The notes under the pieces are model-generated. The model saw only the letters and a list, made by a program, of their open reading frames with translations, had not been told where the DNA came from and did no database searches. The translations under genes and the position numbers were made by a program. This document shows, piece by piece, positions 1 through 9,772 of a DNA stretch of 24,000 nucleotides (the stretch's first letter is position 1; the number at the start of each line of letters is the position of its first letter). This DNA is from Burkholderiales bacterium PBB1 (GTDB lineage Bacteria; Pseudomonadota; Gammaproteobacteria; Burkholderiales; Burkholderiaceae_C). Location: contig NKIN01000003.1 in NCBI GenBank assembly GCA_002255905.1, positions 13,925-37,924 on the forward strand, given 5' to 3'.

Positions 1-16
1 CGATTCTAGCGATTCG

Positions 17-907
17 ATGACCCGCTTCCTGGCGATTTTCCTGACCGGCAGTCTGCGCTTTCTGGCGCGTTTTCCGCTGCGCTGGCTGCAGGCCCTGGGC
101 TCGCTGGTGGGTTGGGGGTATTACGCGATGTCCTCGTCCCACCGCGAGCGATTCCGCGTGAATGCCAGCCGGGCCGGTGTGCCTTGGACGCAGGCGAGGG
201 CGGGCATCGCCGCCACCGGCCAGATGATGATGGAGTTGCCGCCGCTGTGGTTGCGCCCGCAAGGCGCGCCCTTGCCGATGCCGGTGCAGTGGCAAGGTGC
301 CGAGCTGATCGAAACGGCCCTGGCCGCTGGTCGCGGGCTGGTGATGTTGACCCCGCACCTCGGCTGCTTCGAGGCGATCGGCCAGTCGTACGCCGAACGC
401 TATGGCGCGCGCTGCGGCGCGATGACGGTGCTGTACCGCCCGGCGCGCCAGCCGTGGCTGCAGGATCTGGTCGAGGCCGCGCGGCGCCGGCCGGGCCTCC
501 ATGCTGCGCCGGCCACGCTGGCCGGGGTGCGGCAGATGATCCGGGCGCTCAAGCGTGGCGAGGTGGTCGGCCTGCTGCCCGATCAGGTGCCACCCACCAG
601 CCAGGGCGTGTGGGCCCCGTTCTTCGGCCGACCGGCCTACACGATGACACTGGCGTCCCGGCTGGTGCAGCAAACGGGCGCAGCGCTGCTGCTGGTGTGG
701 GGCGAGCGGCTGCCCAAGGGCGCGGGCTACCTGGTGCGCGTGAGCGAACTCGGCGAGCCGCTGCCCGACGACAACGTGGCCGCGGCCACCGTGATCAATG
801 GCGCGATGCAGCGGCTGATCCTGCAATGCCCGCAGCAATACCTGTGGGGTTACCACCGCTACCGCAAGCCGCATGCGGCGCCCGCTCAAACGCAGGGGGT
901 GCCATGA
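17..907 (+). CDS. Lipid A biosynthesis late acyltransferase (LpxL/HtrB family), paralogue 1
   Basis: 296-aa ORF with ATG at 17. It has an N-terminal hydrophobic anchor (FLAIFLTGSLRFLA), an acyltransferase H-x4-E/D box (TPHLGCFEAIG) and a C-terminal QYLWGYHRYRK typical of LpxL-type enzymes. Its stop overlaps the next start (ATGA at 904-907). Confidence 0.8.
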   Translation: MTRFLAIFLTGSLRFLARFPLRWLQALGSLVGWGYYAMSSSHRERFRVNASRAGVPWTQARAGIAATGQMMMELPPLWLRPQGAPLPMPVQWQGAELIETALAAGRGLVMLTPHLGCFEAIGQSYAERYGARCGAMTVLYRPARQPWLQDLVEAARRRPGLHAAPATLAGVRQMIRALKRGEVVGLLPDQVPPTSQGVWAPFFGRPAYTMTLASRLVQQTGAALLLVWGERLPKGAGYLVRVSELGEPLPDDNVAAATVINGAMQRLILQCPQQYLWGYHRYRKPHAAPAQTQGVP

Positions 908-1842
908 AAGCCGGCTCGCGTCGCGCGAAAAGGCACAAGCCCCCGCTGATGCGCTTGCTGAACGCCGCACTGACCCGCGCGTTGCTCGCACTGCTGTGGC
1001 TGCTGCACTGGCTGCCGTTGTCGTTGCTGGCGCCGCTGGGGCGTGGGCTTGGTGTGGTGCTGTGGGTGCTGGGCCGGTCGCGGCGCCGCATCGCGTTGCG
1101 CAACCTCGAGCTGTGTTTTCCGGAACGATCCGAAGCCGAACGTCGCGCACTGGCCATCGAGCACTTCAAGCTGCTGGGGCGCAGCCTGCTCGAGCGCGGC
1201 CTGCTCTGGCACGCCTCGGCCGAGCGCCTGAAGCGGTTGATCCATGTCGAAGGCCAACCGCACTTTGCCGACACCCACCCCGGCGCGCTGATGTGGCTGG
1301 TGCCGCACTTTCTCGCGCTCGATGTGGCGGCGATTGCGATGCGGCTGACGGTGGCGCGCACCGCCTGCACGGTGTACCAGTCGCAGAGCAATCCGCTGTT
1401 TGACGCGGCTGTTCGACGCGGCCGGGGTCGCTTCGGCAAGAACCGGTTGTTCTCCCGGCACGAGACCGTCAAGCCGCTGCTGCGGGCCATCAAGGAAGGC
1501 GATGCGTTCTTCAACCTGCCCGACATGGATTTCGGCCGCAAGGACTCGGCCTTCGTGCCCTTCTTCGGCGTGCCCGCGGCCACGCTGCTGACATCCTCGC
1601 GCATGGCGCAGCTGCTGTCGATGACGGTGCAGCCCATCGTCGCCGAGATGCTGCCCGGTGGCCAGGGCTATCGGGTGCGCTTTCTTGAGCCGTGGACGAA
1701 CTTCCCGACCGACGACGCGCTGGCCGATACCGCCACCATCAACCGCTGGATCGAGGACGAGATCCGGCGTCATCCTGCGCAGTACCTGTGGGTGCACCGC
1801 CGCTTCAAGACGCGACCGCTGGGCGAGCCCGGCTTGTACTGA
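904..1842 (+). CDS. Lipid A biosynthesis late acyltransferase (LpxL/HtrB family), paralogue 2
   Basis: Starts at the in-frame ATG at 904 inside the 112..1842 track ORF. The upstream part of that ORF overlaps gene 1 out of frame and is Arg/Ala/Pro-rich. The product is 312 aa, with a membrane anchor (LLALLWLLHWLPLSLLAPL), an H-x4-D box (VPHFLALDVAA) and a C-terminal QYLWVHRRFKTRP. It is paralogous to the upstream gene. Confidence 0.8.
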   Translation: MKAGSRRAKRHKPPLMRLLNAALTRALLALLWLLHWLPLSLLAPLGRGLGVVLWVLGRSRRRIALRNLELCFPERSEAERRALAIEHFKLLGRSLLERGLLWHASAERLKRLIHVEGQPHFADTHPGALMWLVPHFLALDVAAIAMRLTVARTACTVYQSQSNPLFDAAVRRGRGRFGKNRLFSRHETVKPLLRAIKEGDAFFNLPDMDFGRKDSAFVPFFGVPAATLLTSSRMAQLLSMTVQPIVAEMLPGGQGYRVRFLEPWTNFPTDDALADTATINRWIEDEIRRHPAQYLWVHRRFKTRPLGEPGLY

Positions 1843-1884
1843 TCAACAGGCGGTCGAGGCCGCCTCGGCGACGATAATCACCGC

Positions 1885-2772
1885 ATGAAACTCCGGTTCA
1901 CCAAGATGCAGGGCGCCGGCAACGACTTCGTCGTGCTCGACGCCACCCGCACGCCCCTGAACCTCAGTGCCGAACAGATGCGCCGGCTCGGCGACCGCCG
2001 CTTTGGCGTCGGGGCTGATCAGATCCTGGTGGTCACCCGCAGCGACACGCCGGGCGTCGATTTCGGCTATCGCATCTTCAACCACAGCGGCGAAGAGGTC
2101 GAGCACTGCGGCAACGGCGCGCGCTGCTTCGTGCGCTATGTGCGCGACCAAGGCCTGTCCGACAAGACCACGCTGCGCGTCGAGACCGTCAACAACCTGC
2201 TGGAACTGCACCTGCAGCCCGATGGCCGCGTCACCGTCGACATGAATGCGCCGGTGTTCGATCTGGCGCGTGTGCCGTTCCACTCGGCCGGGTTGCGGCC
2301 ACACAGCGTGAAGGTCAAGGGCGACCGCAAGGGCGCCACGTTCGATCTGTGGCCGCTCACCATCAAGGGGCGTGCGGTGCAGGTGGCGGTGCTGTCGATG
2401 GGCAACCCGCATGCGGTGCAGGTGGTCGATGACGTCGATGCCGCGCCGGTCGCGGTCCAGGGCCCGTTGATCGAGCACCACACCAGTTTTCCCAACCGCG
2501 TGAACGCCGGCTTCATGCAGATCGTCGCGCGCAACCACATCCGTCTGCGCGTGTTCGAGCGCGGTGCCGGCGAGACACTGGCCTGCGGCACCGGCGCCTG
2601 TGCCGCGGTGGTGGCAGGCATCCGGCTCGGGCTGCTCGATCCGGTCGTCGATGTCGATGCACGCGGCGGCCGACTGACCATCGAGTGGCAGGGCGCACGT
2701 GACGGGCTGGGCAGCCACGTGTTCATGACCGGCCCCGCCGAAACCGTGTTCCAAGGAGAGATCGAACTGTGA
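1885..2772 (+). CDS. dapF: Diaminopimelate epimerase
   Basis: 295 aa. The N-terminus is [19 protein letters not shown], and both catalytic-Cys motifs are present (HCGNGARCF and [13 protein letters not shown]), as in DapF. Confidence 0.95.
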   Translation: MKLRFTKMQGAGNDFVVLDATRTPLNLSAEQMRRLGDRRFGVGADQILVVTRSDTPGVDFGYRIFNHSGEEVEHCGNGARCFVRYVRDQGLSDKTTLRVETVNNLLELHLQPDGRVTVDMNAPVFDLARVPFHSAGLRPHSVKVKGDRKGATFDLWPLTIKGRAVQVAVLSMGNPHAVQVVDDVDAAPVAVQGPLIEHHTSFPNRVNAGFMQIVARNHIRLRVFERGAGETLACGTGACAAVVAGIRLGLLDPVVDVDARGGRLTIEWQGARDGLGSHVFMTGPAETVFQGEIEL

Positions 2773-2821
2773 ATCACACGACTGAACCCACCGCTGTATC
2801 CATCACCGCAGGCAGCGCATT

Positions 2822-3511
2822 GTGAGCAGCCCCACCGGAGTGCAAGGCATCACCGAAGCCGACATTGCCAACTACCTGGCGAACACGCCCGGTTTCTTCG
2901 AGCGGCATGCCGAGTTGTTGAGTTCGATCCAGCTCAGCAGCCCGCACGGCACCCGTGCCGTGTCGCTGCAGGAGCGCCAGATGGACCTGCTGCGCGAGAA
3001 GCACAAGGGCCTCGAGCAGAAGATCATGGAGATGATCCGCCACGGCCAGGAAAACGTCGCCATCGCCGACCGGCTGCACCGCTACACCCGGGCGCTGATG
3101 CTGACGGTCGACGCGGCCGACCTCCCCGAGGTGGTGGTGCGCGAGCTGAAGCAGCAGTTCCTGATTCCGCAGGCCGGCATCCGCGTCTGGGGCTTGCCAT
3201 CCGCTCCGGCCGATCGCGAATTCGCGCGCGAGGTCAGCGCCGATGCCAAGAGCTTCGCCTCCAGCCTGACGCTGCCGTACTGCGGCGCCAACGTCGGCTT
3301 CGAAGCGGCCGGCTGGCTCGACGATGCCTCGACCGTCGCATCGCTGGCGATGATCCCGCTGCGCCACGGTGCCACCACCGACGCGTTCGGCTTGCTGGTG
3401 CTGGGCTCGCCCGATGCCACCCGGTTCGCAGCCGACATGGGCACCGAGTTCCTGATGCGCATCGGCGAGATCGCCAGCGCCGGGCTGTCGCGGCTGATCC
3501 GCGTCGAGTGA
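2822..3511 (+). CDS. DUF484 family protein
   Basis: 229-aa GTG-start ORF. The N-terminal pattern ADIANYLANTPGFFERHAELL and its position between dapF and xerC match the DUF484 family. Its stop overlaps the xerC start (GTGA at 3508-3511). Confidence 0.8.
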   Translation: MSSPTGVQGITEADIANYLANTPGFFERHAELLSSIQLSSPHGTRAVSLQERQMDLLREKHKGLEQKIMEMIRHGQENVAIADRLHRYTRALMLTVDAADLPEVVVRELKQQFLIPQAGIRVWGLPSAPADREFAREVSADAKSFASSLTLPYCGANVGFEAAGWLDDASTVASLAMIPLRHGATTDAFGLLVLGSPDATRFAADMGTEFLMRIGEIASAGLSRLIRVE

Positions 3512-4551
3512 CCGCTCTCGATGGCGGCGACATGACCGACCCCGTCGCCGACACCGCTGCAGAGGCACCGCAAGGTCTGCCCGACGACGTGCTGCGCCAC
3601 CTGCAGCACCTGCGGGTCGAAAGGCGCCTCGCCGAGCGCACGCTGGCGATGTACCGCCTGGCCTTCGAGCGCCTGCAACGCTGCGCCGAGGCTGCCCCCG
3701 TGCCACTGCGCGACGTGCTGCCTCACCATGTGCGCCGTTGGGCTGGGCAGATGCACGCACAGGGCCTCGCGCCGGGCAGCATCGCGATCGAGCTGTCGGC
3801 GTGGCGCGGCTTCTACCGCTGGCTGGGTCGCGAGGGCGGGGTGGCGCAGAACCCGGTGGCCGGCGTGCGTGCGCCGCGTGCGCCGAAGCCGCTGCCCAAG
3901 GCCCTGGCTGTTGACCAGGCGGTGGCGCTGGCCGAGTTCCAGGACGACCCCACCGAGCGCCGCGACAGCCCGGCCCTGGCAGCGCGCGACCAGTGCATCA
4001 CCGAGCTGCTGTATGGCTGCGGCCTGCGTGTGGCCGAGCTGGTGGCGCTCGATGTGCAGCCCGGCCCGCAGGCCATCGGCTGGATCGACGTCGCCGACGC
4101 CACGGCGCACGTGCGCGGTAAAGGCAACAAGCCGCGCAGCGTGCCGGTCGGCGGGCCCGCGCTGAAAGCCCTGCAAGCCTGGCTGTCGCTGCGCCCGCAG
4201 ATGGCCACGCCTGGCGAGCCAGCGCTGTTCGTCAGCAACCGCGGCAGCCGCATCACCACCGGGCAGGTGCGTTCGCGCCTGAAGCGGCGGGCACAGCACG
4301 CCGGCCTGCCGACCCATGTGCATCCGCACATGCTGCGCCACTCGTTTGCCTCGCACCTGCTGCAGTCCAGCGGCGATCTGCGCGCGGTGCAGGAGTTGCT
4401 GGGCCACGCCAACATCGCGACGACGCAGGTCTACACCCAGCTCGATTTCGGCCACCTCAGCAAGGTGTACGACGCAGCGCACCCCCGCGCCAAGCTTGTT
4501 GGCCCCCACGTCGCTCCGCTCCTGCCCCCCGAGGGGGCGCCCACCAAGTAG
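3508..4551 (+). CDS. xerC: Tyrosine recombinase XerC
   Basis: 347 aa. It has the N-terminal core-binding region (LRVERRLAERTLAMYRLAF) and the catalytic motifs LLYGCGLRVAELVAL (Arg I), HMLRHSFASHLL (H-x-x-R) and LLGHANIATTQVYTQ (nucleophilic Tyr). The start is GTG 3508; an alternative in-frame ATG lies at 3532. Confidence 0.9.
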   Translation: MTALDGGDMTDPVADTAAEAPQGLPDDVLRHLQHLRVERRLAERTLAMYRLAFERLQRCAEAAPVPLRDVLPHHVRRWAGQMHAQGLAPGSIAIELSAWRGFYRWLGREGGVAQNPVAGVRAPRAPKPLPKALAVDQAVALAEFQDDPTERRDSPALAARDQCITELLYGCGLRVAELVALDVQPGPQAIGWIDVADATAHVRGKGNKPRSVPVGGPALKALQAWLSLRPQMATPGEPALFVSNRGSRITTGQVRSRLKRRAQHAGLPTHVHPHMLRHSFASHLLQSSGDLRAVQELLGHANIATTQVYTQLDFGHLSKVYDAAHPRAKLVGPHVAPLLPPEGAPTK

Positions 4552-4623
4552 CCGGGAGACCCGTCTACGGTGGTTGCTTGATCAACGCTTTGCCGAGCTC
4601 GCTCGTCCCTGAATATCTCCCCC

Positions 4624-5823
4624 ATGAAAAACATTCGATTGCGCGAAGGCAAGGAGCGCTCGCTGTTGAAGCGCCACCCGTGGGTGTTCGAGGGCAGCAT
4701 CGCCAGCGGCCGCGCCGATGCGGGCGAGACAGTGCGTGTCGAGTCGCACAGCGGTGAATTTCTGGCCTGGGGTGCGTACAGTCCGGCGTCGTCGATCCGC
4801 GTGCGCGCCTGGAGCTTCGACGCCGCCGAGCGCATTGATGCCGGCTTCTTCGAGCGTCGCATTGCCCGCGCGGTGGCGGTGCGCACGCGCCTGCCGATCG
4901 CAAGCGACGCGGTGCGGTTGGTGCACGGCGAGGCCGATGGCCTGCCGGGTCTGGTGGTCGACCGATACGGCGACACGCTGAGCGCGCAGTTCACCGCTGC
5001 CGGTGTCGAACGCTGGAAGGGCACGATCGCCGATGCGCTGCTCAAGGTCACCGGCCTGCAGCGGCTGTACGAGCGCAGTGACGCCAGCGTGCGCGAGCTG
5101 GAGGGCCTGCCACCGATCACCGGGTGGCTGCGCGGTGCCCCCGCTGATGCGGATGACACCGAGATCACCATCCGTGAACACGGCTGGCAGCTCACCGTCG
5201 ACGTGGCGCGCGGCCACAAGACCGGCTACTACCTCGACCAGCGCGACAGCCGCAAGCTCTTCGCCGACTGCGTGCGCCACTTCGGCGTGCAGCGGGTGCT
5301 GAACTGCTACAGCTACACCGGCGGCTTCAGCGTGGCGGCACTGGCCGGCGGTGCGCTTGAGGTGACCAGCGTCGATTCTTCGGGCCCCGCCCTCGAGCGT
5401 GCCCAGGCGCACGTGGCGCTGAACGGCTTCGATGCCGCGCGCCACACCGCGATCGATGCCGACGTGAACGCCACGCTGCGCCGTTTCATCGAACAGGGCC
5501 GCCGCTTCGATGCCATCGTGCTCGACCCGCCGAAGTTCGCCTCCACCGCCGCACAGGCCGAGCGCGCCGCGCGGGCCTACAAGGACATCAACCGCTTGGC
5601 CTTCACGCTGCTCGAGCCGGGCGGCCTGCTGTTCACGTTCTCGTGTTCGGGCGGCGTCAGTGCCGACCTGTTCCACAAGATCGTGGCGGGCGCCGGGCTC
5701 GACGCCGGCATCGACGGGCAGATCCACGCCCGCACCAGCGCCGCGCCCGATCACCCGATGACGGTGACCTTTCCCGAAGGCGAGTACCTGAAGGGCCTGG
5801 TGATCGTCAAACAGATCACGTGA
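4624..5823 (+). CDS. rlmI: 23S rRNA (cytosine1962-C5)-methyltransferase RlmI
   Basis: 399 aa with end-to-end resemblance to E. coli RlmI. Shared blocks include KRHPWVF, GAYSPASSIRVRAWSF, GHKTGYYLDQRDSR, VLNCYSYTGGFSV, DPPKF, FTFSCSG and EGEYLKG. Confidence 0.9.
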   Translation: MKNIRLREGKERSLLKRHPWVFEGSIASGRADAGETVRVESHSGEFLAWGAYSPASSIRVRAWSFDAAERIDAGFFERRIARAVAVRTRLPIASDAVRLVHGEADGLPGLVVDRYGDTLSAQFTAAGVERWKGTIADALLKVTGLQRLYERSDASVRELEGLPPITGWLRGAPADADDTEITIREHGWQLTVDVARGHKTGYYLDQRDSRKLFADCVRHFGVQRVLNCYSYTGGFSVAALAGGALEVTSVDSSGPALERAQAHVALNGFDAARHTAIDADVNATLRRFIEQGRRFDAIVLDPPKFASTAAQAERAARAYKDINRLAFTLLEPGGLLFTFSCSGGVSADLFHKIVAGAGLDAGIDGQIHARTSAAPDHPMTVTFPEGEYLKGLVIVKQIT

Positions 5824-5939
5824 TTAATGCCGCATTTGCGCGATTCCACGGCCTGGGGCGTCGTGCGACCGCCCCGCACGGCGCCCTGGCTGCGTAGCAT
5901 CGGGGTTGCTTTCGCTCTACCGTAACCCGGAGACTTCTC

Positions 5940-7829
5940 ATGTGTGGCATCGTCGGCGCCGTCAGCAGGCACAACATCGTCCCGGTGCTCATCGAGGGCC
6001 TGAAGCGGCTCGAATACCGGGGCTACGACTCCTGTGGTGTGGCGGTGCATCAGCGGGGTGGCCTGCGTCGCGCGCGCAGCACCGAGCGGGTGGCCGAGCT
6101 GGAGATCAATGTCGCGGCTGACAAGGTCGAAGGCAGCACCGGCATCGCGCACACCCGCTGGGCCACGCATGGTGCGCCCGCGGTGCACAACGCGCACCCG
6201 CACTTTTCTTCCGGACCGGCCGGTGCTGACGCGGGCGGCGCGCGCGACGGTGTCGCCGCCGTGGGCCGTGTGGCGCTGGTGCACAACGGCATCATCGAGA
6301 ACCACGACGAACTTCGCGACGAACTGCGCCGTCTGGGCTACCGCTTCGACAGCCAGACCGACACCGAGGTCATTGCCCACCTGGTCGACCATTTGTACGA
6401 CGGCGATCTGCTCAGCGCCGTGCAGCGCGCGGTGCAGCGCCTGCGCGGCGCCTATGCCATTGCGGTGTTCTGCCGCGACGAGCCGCAGCGCGTGATCGGC
6501 GCGCGCGCCGGCTCGCCGCTGATCCTGGGCATCGGCACCGGCGAGCGGCTGGGCGACCACTACCTGGCCAGCGACGCGATGGCCTTGGCCGGCGTGACCG
6601 ACCAGATCGTCTACCTCGAAGAAGGCGATGTGGTCGACCTGCAGCTGGGCAGCGTGGCGATCAGTGCGGGCGTTGATGGCATCTTCCACGCCGTGCAGCG
6701 CCATGTGCGCACCGTGCAGGCGCATTCGGGTGCGGCCGAGCTGGGGCCTTATCGCCACTACATGCAGAAGGAAATCTTCGAGCAGCCGCGCGCCATTGCC
6801 GACACGCTGGATGCGGTGCAGGGCATCTCACCCGCCTTGTTCGGCGAAGGCGCCGCCCAGGTCTTCGGGCAGGTGGATTCGGTGCTGATCCTGGCCTGCG
6901 GCACCAGCTACTACAGCGGCTCGGTGGCCAAGTACTGGCTGGAAAGCATTGCCAAGATCCCGACCAGCGTGGAAGTGGCCAGCGAGTACCGCTACCGCGA
7001 CAGCGTGCCCAACCCGCGCACGCTGGTGGTGACCATCACGCAAAGCGGTGAAACCGCCGACACGCTGGCCGCCGTGAAGCACGCCAGCGCGCTGGGCATG
7101 CCGCACACGCTGACGGTGTGCAACGTCGCCACCAGCGCCATGGTGCGCGAATGCGCGCTGTCGTACATCACCCGCGCCGGCATCGAGATCGGCGTGGCCT
7201 CGACCAAGGCGTTCAGCACCCAGCTGGTGGGCCTGTTCCTGCTGACGCTGACGCTGGCCAAGACGCGCGGCTACCTGTCGGCCGAACAGGAGGCCGAACA
7301 CCTGAAGGCGCTGCGCCACCTGCCAGTGGCGGTGCAGTCGGTGCTGGCGCTCGAGCCGCAGGTGATGGCCTGGGCCGAACAGTTCGCCAGCAAGGAAAAC
7401 GCGCTGTTCCTCGGCCGCGGCTTGCATTACCCGATTGCGCTGGAAGGCGCGCTCAAGCTCAAGGAAATCAGCTACATCCACGCCGAGGCGTATCCCGCCG
7501 GCGAGCTGAAGCACGGCCCGCTGGCCCTTGTCACGGCTGAAATGCCGGTCGTGACCGTAGCGCCGAACGACGCATTGCTGGAAAAGCTGAAAAGCAACCT
7601 GCAGGAAGTGCGCGCGCGCGGCGGCGAGCTGTTCGTGTTTGCCGATGCCGACACCCGCATCGAATCCGCCGAGAGCCTGCACGTGATCCGCATGCCCGAA
7701 CACTACGGCGCGCTCAGCCCCATCCTGCACGTGGTGCCGCTGCAACTGCTGGCGTACCACACCGCCTGCGCACGCGGCACAGATGTCGACAAGCCGAGGA
7801 ACCTGGCGAAGAGCGTGACGGTGGAGTGA
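5940..7829 (+). CDS. glmS: Glutamine--fructose-6-phosphate aminotransferase (isomerizing)
   Basis: 629 aa. It has the MCGIVG N-terminus (Ntn-Cys glutaminase), SIS-domain sequence ([20 protein letters not shown]) and the hallmark C-terminus [12 protein letters not shown]. Confidence 0.97.
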   Translation: MCGIVGAVSRHNIVPVLIEGLKRLEYRGYDSCGVAVHQRGGLRRARSTERVAELEINVAADKVEGSTGIAHTRWATHGAPAVHNAHPHFSSGPAGADAGGARDGVAAVGRVALVHNGIIENHDELRDELRRLGYRFDSQTDTEVIAHLVDHLYDGDLLSAVQRAVQRLRGAYAIAVFCRDEPQRVIGARAGSPLILGIGTGERLGDHYLASDAMALAGVTDQIVYLEEGDVVDLQLGSVAISAGVDGIFHAVQRHVRTVQAHSGAAELGPYRHYMQKEIFEQPRAIADTLDAVQGISPALFGEGAAQVFGQVDSVLILACGTSYYSGSVAKYWLESIAKIPTSVEVASEYRYRDSVPNPRTLVVTITQSGETADTLAAVKHASALGMPHTLTVCNVATSAMVRECALSYITRAGIEIGVASTKAFSTQLVGLFLLTLTLAKTRGYLSAEQEAEHLKALRHLPVAVQSVLALEPQVMAWAEQFASKENALFLGRGLHYPIALEGALKLKEISYIHAEAYPAGELKHGPLALVTAEMPVVTVAPNDALLEKLKSNLQEVRARGGELFVFADADTRIESAESLHVIRMPEHYGALSPILHVVPLQLLAYHTACARGTDVDKPRNLAKSVTVE

Positions 7830-7974
7830 GGGCTGGGGTGTGAGTGGTTACTGCTGAAGTCAGACGTTCGATCGCGATCGTGGGCTGATTGCAACCGACC
7901 CATCACTGCTCGTCGTGGCGCCACTTCGTCGTTAGGTCGACCCCCACGGGAGCTTAGAGCGGCGCCCGGATTCT

Positions 7975-9570
7975 TCACCCCTCTCGATGGGGCTGAGTTG
8001 GCCACGCGTGATCGTCGTAAGGGCGCCAACGGCCTTCGCGCATTTCTGTCAGCAATCGCTGCAGATCACCGTCGAGAGCGCGGTCCTCGTCGACAAAGCC
8101 GACTGCTCTGCACAGCTCGTCGAACATCAACGCGAGGGCTGGCGTCAGGCTCAGTGGCCGCAGACGCTGGCGCAGCGCCAAAGACTGGCGAGCCGCAATC
8201 AGCATGGCTGCGCCCACCTGCTCGCTCAGGTCCAGCACCCGCAAGCAGTCGCGGGCCGCGATGGTTCCCATGCTGACCTTGTCCTGGTTGTGGCACTCGG
8301 TCGACCGCGAGAAGACCGAGGCAGGCATCGTCCCCTTGAGCGCCTCGGCCGTCCACGCAGACACGCTGATCTGAAGCGCCTTCAGCCCATGGTTGATCGT
8401 CGCGCGCTCCCCCACCGCACCTGAAAGGTTGGCTGGCAGCCCGTGGTTGAAGCGTGTATCGACCAGCAAGGCCAGCTGACGGTCCAGCAAATCGGCGATG
8501 TTCGCCACAGCGGTCTTCAGCGCGTCCATCGCGAAAGCGATGTGACCACCGTAGAAGTGGCCGCCATGCAGCACGCGGCCGTTCTCCGCGTCGATCAGCG
8601 GGTTGTCGTTGGCGCTGTTGAGCTCGTTCTCGATCTGCTGGCGCAGGAACGGCAGCGCATCCTCCAGCACGCCGATCACGTGCGGAGCGCAGCGCAGGGA
8701 GTAACGGTCTTGCAGCCGTGCATCGTTGCGCGAGGGCTTTTCGCTTTCCAGGTCTGCGCGCAGCCGGGCCGCGACGCGCTGCTGTCCCGGGTGGGGCTTG
8801 GCGGCGAAGAGCGTCTCGTCGAAGTGGTGGGCATTGCCGGCGCTGGCGACGACATTGAGCGCGGTGAGCCGCGTTGCCAGTCGGCCGAGGTGGTCGGCGC
8901 GCTGCCACGCGAGGCAGGCCAGCGCTGTCATCACCGCAGTGCCGTTCATCAGCGCCAGACCCTCTTTCGGCCGAAGCCGCAGCGGTTGCAGGCCGACGGC
9001 CGCCAGCGCCTCGGCTGCGGGCATCCGGCGGCCATCGAACACCACCTCACGCTCGCCGCAAATCACGGCGGCCACATAGGACAGTGGCGTCAGATCACCA
9101 CTGGCACCGACAGATCCCTCGGCCGGGATCAGGGGCAAGATGTCGTGCTGGAGCAGTGCCACCAGCTGTTCGAGCAGCGCGACCCCCACGCCAGACATGC
9201 CCCGGCAGAGTGAGGCGAGCCGAGTGGCCAGCACGGCTCGCGTTTCGGTTGGGTCGAGGTGGCGCCCGGCGCCGATGCCGTGATAAGCGTACAGCCGGTG
9301 CGGCAGCTCGGGGACCAGGTGCGGCGGAACAGCCACGGTGCACGAATCCCCGTAGCCGGTCGTCACGCCATAGATCACGCCATCCTCGGCCAGCAGGCGG
9401 GTGACGAAGTCGGCGCCCGCCTGAATCCGTGTACGGAACGTCAGGTCGGTGCTCAGCACCGCCTGACGGCGGCGGTGTGCAATGTCGGCGACGTCCTCGA
9501 TGGAAAGCGGGCGGCCGTCGAAGACCACCGTGTTGACGGTGTCGTAAAGGGCTATCGGGTCACGGCGCAT
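7975..9570 (-). CDS. MIO-dependent aromatic amino acid ammonia-lyase (HAL/PAL/TAL family); probable tyrosine ammonia-lyase supplying p-coumarate
   Basis: The track ORF is 7975..9630. I prefer the ATG at 9570 (MRRDPIALYD..., 531 aa), but 9630 is possible. Family motifs are present: YGVTTGYG, the MIO-forming Ala-Ser-Gly in GSVGASGDLTPLSYVA (codons at 9097-9105), QDRYSLRCAPHV and NQDKVSMG. No hutU/hutI genes are nearby. It is transcribed divergently from pyp, which is the basis for the TAL inference. Confidence 0.8.
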   Translation of the reverse strand: MRRDPIALYDTVNTVVFDGRPLSIEDVADIAHRRRQAVLSTDLTFRTRIQAGADFVTRLLAEDGVIYGVTTGYGDSCTVAVPPHLVPELPHRLYAYHGIGAGRHLDPTETRAVLATRLASLCRGMSGVGVALLEQLVALLQHDILPLIPAEGSVGASGDLTPLSYVAAVICGEREVVFDGRRMPAAEALAAVGLQPLRLRPKEGLALMNGTAVMTALACLAWQRADHLGRLATRLTALNVVASAGNAHHFDETLFAAKPHPGQQRVAARLRADLESEKPSRNDARLQDRYSLRCAPHVIGVLEDALPFLRQQIENELNSANDNPLIDAENGRVLHGGHFYGGHIAFAMDALKTAVANIADLLDRQLALLVDTRFNHGLPANLSGAVGERATINHGLKALQISVSAWTAEALKGTMPASVFSRSTECHNQDKVSMGTIAARDCLRVLDLSEQVGAAMLIAARQSLALRQRLRPLSLTPALALMFDELCRAVGFVDEDRALDGDLQRLLTEMREGRWRPYDDHAWPTQPHREG

Positions 9571-9772
9571 CGTCAATCTGCTCTTCGACGACAGAGATTC
9601 ACCAGTATGGGCTGCGGTCGCCAGTCCCAATGCTCTGAATAGCGCGAAATAAATACGCCTTAAGCATCAAGGCCCGCGGCTGAACGACCGATACCGTCGA
9701 CGGTTGTCGCATCGGGCAGGTGCCGGCGCGGCAACGTTGATCCCAACAGCAGTTCCCAAGGAGTACGCATCA
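9571..9772. promoter_or_regulatory. Divergent promoter/control region between the ammonia-lyase gene and pyp
   Basis: About 200 nt of non-coding DNA between two divergently oriented starts, so it must carry both promoters. It contains an AT-richer patch (gaatagcgcgaaataaatacgccttaagc, about 9640-9668) and a perfect 12-bp palindrome ACCGTCGACGGT at 9693-9704. No -35/-10 boxes were assigned with confidence. Confidence 0.5.
9758..9763 (+). promoter_or_regulatory. Shine-Dalgarno sequence of pyp
   Basis: AAGGAG lies 9 nt upstream of the ATG at 9773. Confidence 0.65.

Noticed and set aside
112-903. 5' part of the 576-aa track ORF 112..1842
   Set aside because: It overlaps the recognisable LpxL-family gene 17..907 in another frame. 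Its translation is Arg/Ala/Gly/Pro-rich low-complexity sequence typical of high-GC shadow frames. The conserved acyltransferase sequence begins at the ATG at 904 (ATGA overlap).
1848-1865. Hairpin AGGCGG-TCGAGG-CCGCCT between lpxL paralogue 2 and dapF as a rho-independent terminator
   Set aside because: It has a 6-bp stem only and no downstream T-tract. The 42-nt spacer suggests co-transcription, so I did not call it as a terminator.
4552-4623. dif-like recombination site near xerC
   Set aside because: There is no AT-rich 28-bp dif-like sequence here. dif sites are normally located at the terminus, not next to xerC.
5824-5939. Possible glmS ribozyme/riboswitch or other leader element upstream of glmS
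   Set aside because: The glmS ribozyme is a Gram-positive feature, and nothing resembling its conserved core is visible. I saw only a weak GC hairpin (GGGGCG-N9-CGCCCC, 5855-5875) with no U-tract.
795-7760. Long antisense or alternate-frame ORFs across the housekeeping block (e.g. 795..1637-, 886..1797-, 1843..2754-, 2774..3760-, 3082..4509-, 4431..5219-, 4582..5754-, 5751..6758-, 6828..7760-)
   Set aside because: Each lies fully opposite or out of frame to a confidently identified conserved gene (lpxL, dapF, DUF484, xerC, rlmI, glmS). The translations are Arg/Ala/Gly/His-rich with no recognisable motifs. Stop-free shadow frames of this length are expected at this GC content.
7830-7974. Tn7-type insertion signature or terminator in the glmS / lyase convergent spacer
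   Set aside because: There are no Tn7 end-like repeats, no duplication and no tns genes nearby. I saw only short palindromes (CGATCGCGATCG at 7870-7881, GTGGCGCCAC at 7915-7924), which are expected by chance, and no hairpin followed by a T-run.
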